A program made the position numbers and the translations under genes. Below the pieces are notes generated by a model. That model saw only the letters and a list, made by a program, of their open reading frames with translations. It was not told the DNA's origin and did no database searches. Below are positions 58,206 through 64,000 of a stretch of 64,000 nucleotides of DNA, in pieces (the first letter of the stretch is position 1; every line of letters begins with the position of its first letter). The DNA comes from an uncultured Gammaproteobacteria bacterium (GTDB lineage: Bacteria > Patescibacteriota > Patescibacteriia > UBA9934). The stretch spans positions 186,620 to 250,619 of the forward strand of contig CAYFMS010000001.1 of NCBI GenBank assembly GCA_964344415.1, in the 5' to 3' direction.

Positions 58206-59419
58206 TGGGTCATTTTGATCGCGCGCTTGGTCAGATTCGTCGAGCGACACAATATATTTCGATTGATGATGCGACGCTACAAATACTTTTGCATCCCATG
58301 AGGGAAATTTCTATCAATATCCCTCTGAAGCGCGATGACGGTTCATTTGAAATGCTGTCAGGTTATCGAGTGCAGCATAATGATTGGCGAGGCCCGTTCA
58401 AGGGTGGAATCCGTTTTCATGAGCATGTTGATCTTGATGAGGTTCGTGCTCTTGCGACGTGGATGACATTTAAAACGGCTGTTGTTGGCATTCCAATGGG
58501 TGGCGGAAAAGGGGGGATTACCATTTCTCCGAAGCAATATTCTGAGGATGAAATCGAGAGGCTGACTCGTTCTTGGGCGCAAGAAATGAAAAATAATATT
58601 GGTCCGCATATTGATGTGCCGGCACCAGATGTCAATACATCTTCACGAGAAATGGATTGGATTGCGGATGAGTTCGGCAACAAGGCGGTTGTGACAGGGA
58701 AGTCTTTATCTGCTGGTGGAAGTGAAGGACGTGAAACGGCAACAGCGGCTGGTGCATTTTATGTGCTCGAGGAGATGCTCAAGAGTCAGATTATTGATGG
58801 AGTTTCTGAAACATTGACCATAGCCATTCAAGGATTTGGTAATGCTGGGCGTATTTTTGCTCGAATTGCTTCGAATGCAGGGCATGTCATTGTCGCCGTC
58901 TCTGATTCGCGCGGCGCAATCTTTAATGAGAATGGTTTAGATGTCGCCGCGCTTGAATTGCATAAAGATCAAACGGGTAGTGTTCTTGGATTTAAGGATA
59001 CAAAGGAAATGACGCAGCAAGAACTTCTTGGTTTGCAGGTCGATGTTTTGGCTCCGGCAGCACTTGGTGGAGCTATCGACGAACAGGCATCTGAAAAAAT
59101 ACAGGCGAAGCTCATTTTAGAAATCGCTAATGGTCCATTGACGGAAGGAGCGAATGAAGTTTGTGAGCGCCGCGGTATTGCTGTTATCCCAGATATTCTG
59201 ACAAATGCTGGCGGTGTAACGGTTAGTTATTTTGAATGGGATCAGAATTTGAAAAATGAGCATTGGTCCGCCGAAGAAGTGGATGAAAAATTGCGCCGTA
59301 TCATGGAGAAATCGACGCGGGATGTTTTGGATCAATCAAAAAAGCATGAAGTGTCATTTCGAGATGCAGCCTTTATTTTGGCGCTCGAGCGCTTGTCTGC
59401 TGCTCGACCTGCGTTATAA
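58206..59419 (+). CDS. gdh: glutamate dehydrogenase (Glu/Leu/Phe/Val dehydrogenase family)
   Basis: GGIRFHEHV, GIPMGGGKGG and C-terminal NAD domain; start taken at MGHFDRALGQ. Confidence 0.9.
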
Positions 59420-59428
59420 TGAAAATAT

Positions 59429-59764
59429 ATGATGGATGTCACGCCCGAAAGGCTCAAAAAAGAGATGGATGATGGAACGCCTATCATCCTTGTTGATTTA
59501 CAGGCATCTGAAAAATATCAGCATAGCCATATTCCTGGAGCGATAAATATTGAAATGGAGAAATTTGAAGCGGAATATCCAGCTATTCTGAAGGACAAGA
59601 ATGAAGCGATTGTTCTGTACGGAGAATACGACGAATTAGGAAAGGGCTCGACCGCGGGGAAGATTTTGGAAGATGCCGGGTACATGCGCGTGGGTCATAT
59701 TGCTGGTGGTGTCATGGCATGGAAAGAATCGGGTTATAAAGTTGAGGGTGGAATGGAGTCGTAG
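59429..59764 (+). CDS. rhodanese-like single-domain protein
   Basis: 111 aa; rhodanese-fold layout (ILVDLQASEKYQHSHIPGAINIE... VLYGEYDELGKGSTAGKIL). Confidence 0.7.
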   Translation: MMDVTPERLKKEMDDGTPIILVDLQASEKYQHSHIPGAINIEMEKFEAEYPAILKDKNEAIVLYGEYDELGKGSTAGKILEDAGYMRVGHIAGGVMAWKESGYKVEGGMES

Positions 59765-60191
59765 GTGGATAGCGCAGTGAGTAGCTAGTAGAAAGTAGTA
59801 AGTAGATCAGAAATCCCAGCCTGCGAGCTGCCTGCCGGCAGGCAGGGGATCTCTTGCTTGTCATGTTCGGTTATTTTTTGACAGAAAGGCGCAATGGGTT
59901 TAATTTGCTGGTACGTCTAGTGGCATTGGGTTCTTAAGGGGGAAGAATGTGGAATCTTTTCGTACAGGATGCATTCGCGCAGCAAGTGAGGGCAGGGATT
60001 CCAGAAATCCACATCGATGAAGAGTGCATCCCTTGGGTTTTGGTGGCGCTACTTGTGCTCATTGCGCTTGGGCCGCGCAAGCGCGAAGGACAAACAAAGC
60101 CGAAATCGTGATGAGGGTGCGCATTCATACGCTTAGCAAACAGCTGCTGAGCGTTGTTTTTTTTCTACCCTCTGTTAATATGGACATCGAT

Positions 60192-62579
60192 ATGTATGAC
60201 CATAAAAATGTAGACAAGAAATGGCAAAAAATATGGGATGACCGTCAGGTTTTTAGGGCTCTCGATCCGGCGGAAACGGACAAAGATCCGTATTATTGTT
60301 TGATTGAATTTCCTTTCCCGTCCGGGGCGGGGCTGCATGTAGGGCATCCACGGAGTTATACGGCGCTCGATGTTATTGCACGAAAACGTCGCATGCAGGG
60401 GTACAATGTCCTTTACCCGATTGGATTTGATTCATTTGGCTTGCCGACGGAGAATTATGCAATTAAAACGGGCCGAAAACCTCAGGATGTAACGGATGAA
60501 AATATTGCGACATTTCGTAGGCAGTTAAAGTCTCTTGGTTTTAGTTTTGATTGGTCACGCGAGGTTACGACATCTGACCCGGATTATTATAAATGGACGC
60601 AGTGGATGTTCCTTGAATTTTTTAAGGCTGGGCTTGCCTATAAGAAAAAGATGCCAATTAATTGGTGCAAGAGCTGCAAAATTGGCCTTGCGAATGAAGA
60701 GGTGGTTCAAGGGGCTTGTGAGCGTTGTGGCGGCGAGGTTGAGAAGCGCGATATTGAGCAATGGATGATTCGCATTACAGATTATGCAGATCGCCTTATT
60801 GATGATCTTGATACGGTTGATTACCTCGAAAAAATCAAAAAGTCTCAAATTGACTGGATTGGCCGTTCCACCGGTGCCGAGATTGATTTCACTGTTGATG
60901 ATTCGGATGAGAAGTTGAAGGTCTTCACAACACGTCCTGACACGATTTTCGGGGCGACATATATGGTGCTTGCGCCTGAACATCCGCTTGTTGATTCTCT
61001 GACAACAGATGAACAGCGTGATGCGGTGACTGCCTATGTTTCAGAGGCTGCAAAAAAAGATGATATTGACCGCAGTAATGACGAAAAAGAAAAAACGGGA
61101 GTTTTCACTGGCAGCTACGCAATCAATCCATTGAATGATGAAAAGATTCCTATTTGGGTAGCGGACTATGTCTTGATGGGTTATGGAACGGGTGCGATTA
61201 TGGCTGTTCCGGCGCATGATGAGCGCGATTTTGCTTTTGCAACGAAGCATGACATTCCAATTATCGAAGTTGTGGGCGGTGAGGGAGATCTTCCGCGCAT
61301 TGAGAATGGATCTTCTGTGAATTCCGGCGAATTCGATGGACTTGATTCAGACGAGGCAAAGGAAAAAATCACGGCGAAGCTTGAAAAGATTGGGGCGGGG
61401 AAGGCAACGACGAATTATCGACTACGTGATTGGGTATTTAGTCGGCAGCGATATTGGGGCGAGCCAATTCCTCTTGTTCACTGTGAAAACTGCTCACCAG
61501 AAACAAATGGTTGGGTAGCTCTTCCCGACGATCAGCTTCCGCTTGTACTTCCTGATATAGAACATTATCAGCCGACGGATGACGGTGCTTCTCCACTTGC
61601 TGCCGCCGAGGATTGGGTGAATACCGAATGTCCTACCTGCGGAGGTCCCGCAAAGCGCGAGACAGATACGATGCCGAACTGGGCTGGATCAAGCTGGTAT
61701 TTCTTGCGCTATATTGATGCTCAGAATAAAAAAGCTTTTGCATCTGAAGAGGCATTGAAATATTGGACGCCGGTACATTGGTATAACGGAGGTATGGAGC
61801 ATGCGACGCTGCACCTTCTTTATGCTCGTTTTTGGCATAAATTCCTCTTCGATCGAGGGCATGTTCATACAAGTGAACCATTTGCGAAGCGCACAAGTCA
61901 TGGGCTGATTATGGCCGAAGATGGGACGAAAATGAGTAAATCAAAGGGGAATGTGGTAAACCCGGATGATATCGTTCAGGAATTTGGAGCAGATACACTT
62001 CGTGTTTATGAACTATTTATGGGTCCTTTTAGTGAAGCGGTTCCTTGGTCAATGAATGGTGTGATTGGTGTAAAGCGTTTCCTTGATAAGGTTGCGAGGC
62101 TTCCTGAACACATTTCTGATTCAGAATCAGAAGATGTGACGCGTGAGCTTCATAAGATGATCAAAAAAGTGACTCAGGACATTGAAGATATGCGTTTTAA
62201 TACAGCGATTGCTCAAATGATGAGCTTTGTGAATGTAGCTATGTCGAGTGAAGGTCTGACACGCGAGAGCTTTGATCTCTTCCTAAAGACATTGAATCCA
62301 TTTGCGCCACATCTTACAAATGAATTAGCAGAGGGTGATCAATTGCTCGATATTCAATCTTGGCCGGAATTCGATGAATCGATTGCAAAGGACGACATTT
62401 TGGAGATTGCTGTACAGGTGAATGGGAAATTGCGCGGAACAATTCAGGTGAGTGCTGATGCTGATAAAGATGAAGTTGAGCGATTGGCGAAGGAAGCGGA
62501 AAATGTCCAGAATTTTCTTACTTCCGAGCCTAAAAAGGTCGTATTCGTCCCCGGAAGATTGATCAACTTTGTCATCTAG
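60192..62579 (+). CDS. leuS: leucyl-tRNA synthetase
   Basis: FPFPSGAGLHVGHPRSY (HIGH), KMSKSKGN (KMSKS), CP1 editing domain; start taken at MYDHKNVDKKWQKIWDD. Confidence 0.95.
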   Translation: MYDHKNVDKKWQKIWDDRQVFRALDPAETDKDPYYCLIEFPFPSGAGLHVGHPRSYTALDVIARKRRMQGYNVLYPIGFDSFGLPTENYAIKTGRKPQDVTDENIATFRRQLKSLGFSFDWSREVTTSDPDYYKWTQWMFLEFFKAGLAYKKKMPINWCKSCKIGLANEEVVQGACERCGGEVEKRDIEQWMIRITDYADRLIDDLDTVDYLEKIKKSQIDWIGRSTGAEIDFTVDDSDEKLKVFTTRPDTIFGATYMVLAPEHPLVDSLTTDEQRDAVTAYVSEAAKKDDIDRSNDEKEKTGVFTGSYAINPLNDEKIPIWVADYVLMGYGTGAIMAVPAHDERDFAFATKHDIPIIEVVGGEGDLPRIENGSSVNSGEFDGLDSDEAKEKITAKLEKIGAGKATTNYRLRDWVFSRQRYWGEPIPLVHCENCSPETNGWVALPDDQLPLVLPDIEHYQPTDDGASPLAAAEDWVNTECPTCGGPAKRETDTMPNWAGSSWYFLRYIDAQNKKAFASEEALKYWTPVHWYNGGMEHATLHLLYARFWHKFLFDRGHVHTSEPFAKRTSHGLIMAEDGTKMSKSKGNVVNPDDIVQEFGADTLRVYELFMGPFSEAVPWSMNGVIGVKRFLDKVARLPEHISDSESEDVTRELHKMIKKVTQDIEDMRFNTAIAQMMSFVNVAMSSEGLTRESFDLFLKTLNPFAPHLTNELAEGDQLLDIQSWPEFDESIAKDDILEIAVQVNGKLRGTIQVSADADKDEVERLAKEAENVQNFLTSEPKKVVFVPGRLINFVI

Positions 62580-62741
62580 GTCGCTTGTCTGCTGGCGCAC
62601 TTTGAACTCCAATCATCGAATCTATCCCCTGCCTGCCGGCAGGCAGGTCATCGTACGTTTCAGTACGCCTGCGGTAGATTCTCGATTGTCGTCCAAATTG
62701 CATCCAGCATCCTTCGCGACTACTATGTCGCTTGTGAGTTA

Positions 62742-62843
62742 GCGATCTTTGTCCTCGGTTCTCTGGTCCTCGACACCGTACCATTCAGTACGGCTTACTC
62801 CGGTCCTCGTACCTCGAACAAATCTCATCCAACTCACTTCGCG
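62742..62843 (+). repeat. dispersed intergenic repeat, core unit (copy X)
   Basis: About 90% identical by eye to 12830-12932; hairpin CACCGTACCATTCAGTACGG. Confidence 0.6.
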
Positions 62844-62942
62844 ACCACGTCCTGTAATCCTAGACTTTGAGCGGGGATCCACACGATTAGCAAGATTAAT
62901 CCGTACACCCTAACTTTACTTACTTTTCTAACTTTTAAACCC

Positions 62943-64000
62943 ATGAACATCGCCGTTTTTGGAACTGGATATGTTGGACTAGCTCAAGGAGCTTGTCTCG
63001 CATCCCTCGGTCATAGTGTGACCTGTGTTGATATTGATAGGGAAAAGGTTGTCGCGCTCAATGAAGGGCGCATACCGATTTATGAGGCAGGACTTGCGGA
63101 GCTTGTTCGTGAAGCGCGCAATAAAGATCTGATTCGATTTACTACAGATGCGGTGACTGCATTAGACTGTCTTCCAGAGGTGATATTTGTGTGTGTGCAG
63201 ACTCCTCGTACGGAGGATGGTCACTGTGATATTTCATTTGTTGAAACAGTTGTAAAAACGATTGCTGATTATGCAAAACAAAAAACTCTCGTTGTTATCA
63301 AAAGTACTGTTCCTCCTGGTATAAAGACCATACTGGAAGCGAGAATTTCTTCTGATAAGATCGAGTACGCCTCCAATCCTGAATTCCTTCGTGCAGGGAA
63401 GGCGGTAAAAGACTTTTTGAATCCGGATCGTATTGTGATTGGTGTAGAGAGTCCGTGGGCGGAAGAGCGACTGCGTATTTTGCATCGAGGAATCGACGCG
63501 CCTGTCATGGCCATGTCAATCGCTTCAGCTCAGCTATCAAAATACGCTGCAAATACTATGTTGGCAGCACGTCTTTCATTCATGAATGAAATTGCAAATA
63601 TTGCTGATGTGGTAGGTGCCGATATTCAGGACGTAGAAAAGGTTGTTGGTTCTGACGATCGCATTGGGTCAAAATTCTTACGTTCTGGGGCTGGATTTGG
63701 CGGCTCATGCTTTCCAAAAGATGTTTTAGCATTGCATTATGCTGGAGTGGAGAATGGATATGATTCTCTTTTAATTTCACCTGTAATAGAAGTGAATGAT
63801 GGGCAGCCTGTTCGATTTGTTGACAAAATCGTTGCAAAATTAGGTGATTTAAATGGAAAAGAATTGGCAGTATGGGGACTGGCATTCAATGCCCATACGG
63901 ATGATATTCGTGAATCGCCAGCTGTAAAAATTGTCCATCAGCTCATCGATGCAGGTGCTCAAATTCATGTATATGACCCGAAAGCAATGATGAATGCAAA
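62943..64000 (+). CDS. ugd: UDP-glucose 6-dehydrogenase family protein (3' end outside window)
   Basis: MNIAVFGTGYVGLAQGACLASLGHSVTCVDID... and GFGGSCFPKD catalytic Cys motif; the frame stays open to the window end. Confidence 0.85.
   Translation, partial: MNIAVFGTGYVGLAQGACLASLGHSVTCVDIDREKVVALNEGRIPIYEAGLAELVREARNKDLIRFTTDAVTALDCLPEVIFVCVQTPRTEDGHCDISFVETVVKTIADYAKQKTLVVIKSTVPPGIKTILEARISSDKIEYASNPEFLRAGKAVKDFLNPDRIVIGVESPWAEERLRILHRGIDAPVMAMSIASAQLSKYAANTMLAARLSFMNEIANIADVVGADIQDVEKVVGSDDRIGSKFLRSGAGFGGSCFPKDVLALHYAGVENGYDSLLISPVIEVNDGQPVRFVDKIVAKLGDLNGKELAVWGLAFNAHTDDIRESPAVKIVHQLIDAGAQIHVYDPKAMMNA

Noticed and set aside
59860-60190. Possible T-box riboswitch leader upstream of leuS
   Set aside because: A 330-nt structured leader with a T-run at 60158-60166 exists, but the conserved T-box sequence (AGGGUGGNACCGCG) is not present; the closest match, GAGGGTGCGCATTC, is too divergent

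Overview
This is a low-GC (about 40% by eye) bacterial chromosomal window, densely coded with small housekeeping genes. The gene set and architecture fit a reduced genome of the Patescibacteria/CPR type, but lineage cannot be proven from sequence alone. I could not find an in-frame TGA in any long gene, so the genetic code looks standard. Main content: a stand-alone 16S rRNA gene on the minus strand (about 4188-5686) with no 23S behind it; an RNase P RNA on the minus strand (about 19512-19975); five tRNAs (Phe-GAA, Ile-GAU, Val-GAC, Ile-UAU, Glu-UUC); and a tRNA-like gene lying inside the rpsP-KH-trmD ribosomal cluster. Protein genes include five aminoacyl-tRNA synthetases (trpS, valS, tyrS, argS, leuS), RNase J, uvrA, ung, clpP, secG, trxA/trxB, gdh, an SMC-like ATPase, an ECF sigma/anti-sigma module, cell-envelope genes (VanW, a polyprenyl sugar transferase, a UDP-glucose dehydrogenase), and many small membrane or secreted hypothetical proteins. 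Several segments look foreign because their G+C is visibly higher: 20068-20562, 30300-31420 and, above all, 49100-55690. The last one sits on a tRNA-Glu gene whose 3' 21 nt are duplicated 160 bp downstream, like an integrative-element att site. It carries pyrC-pyrD, a DUF488 two-gene pair, a possible PD-(D/E)xK-like protein and a lipoprotein. Intergenic spacers throughout the window are seeded with a dispersed repeat family (a roughly 100-bp core holding the hairpin CACCGTACnTTTCAGTACGG, plus tail and motif modules); one copy abuts a small GIY-YIG nuclease gene. No CRISPR array, transposase or integrase was found.
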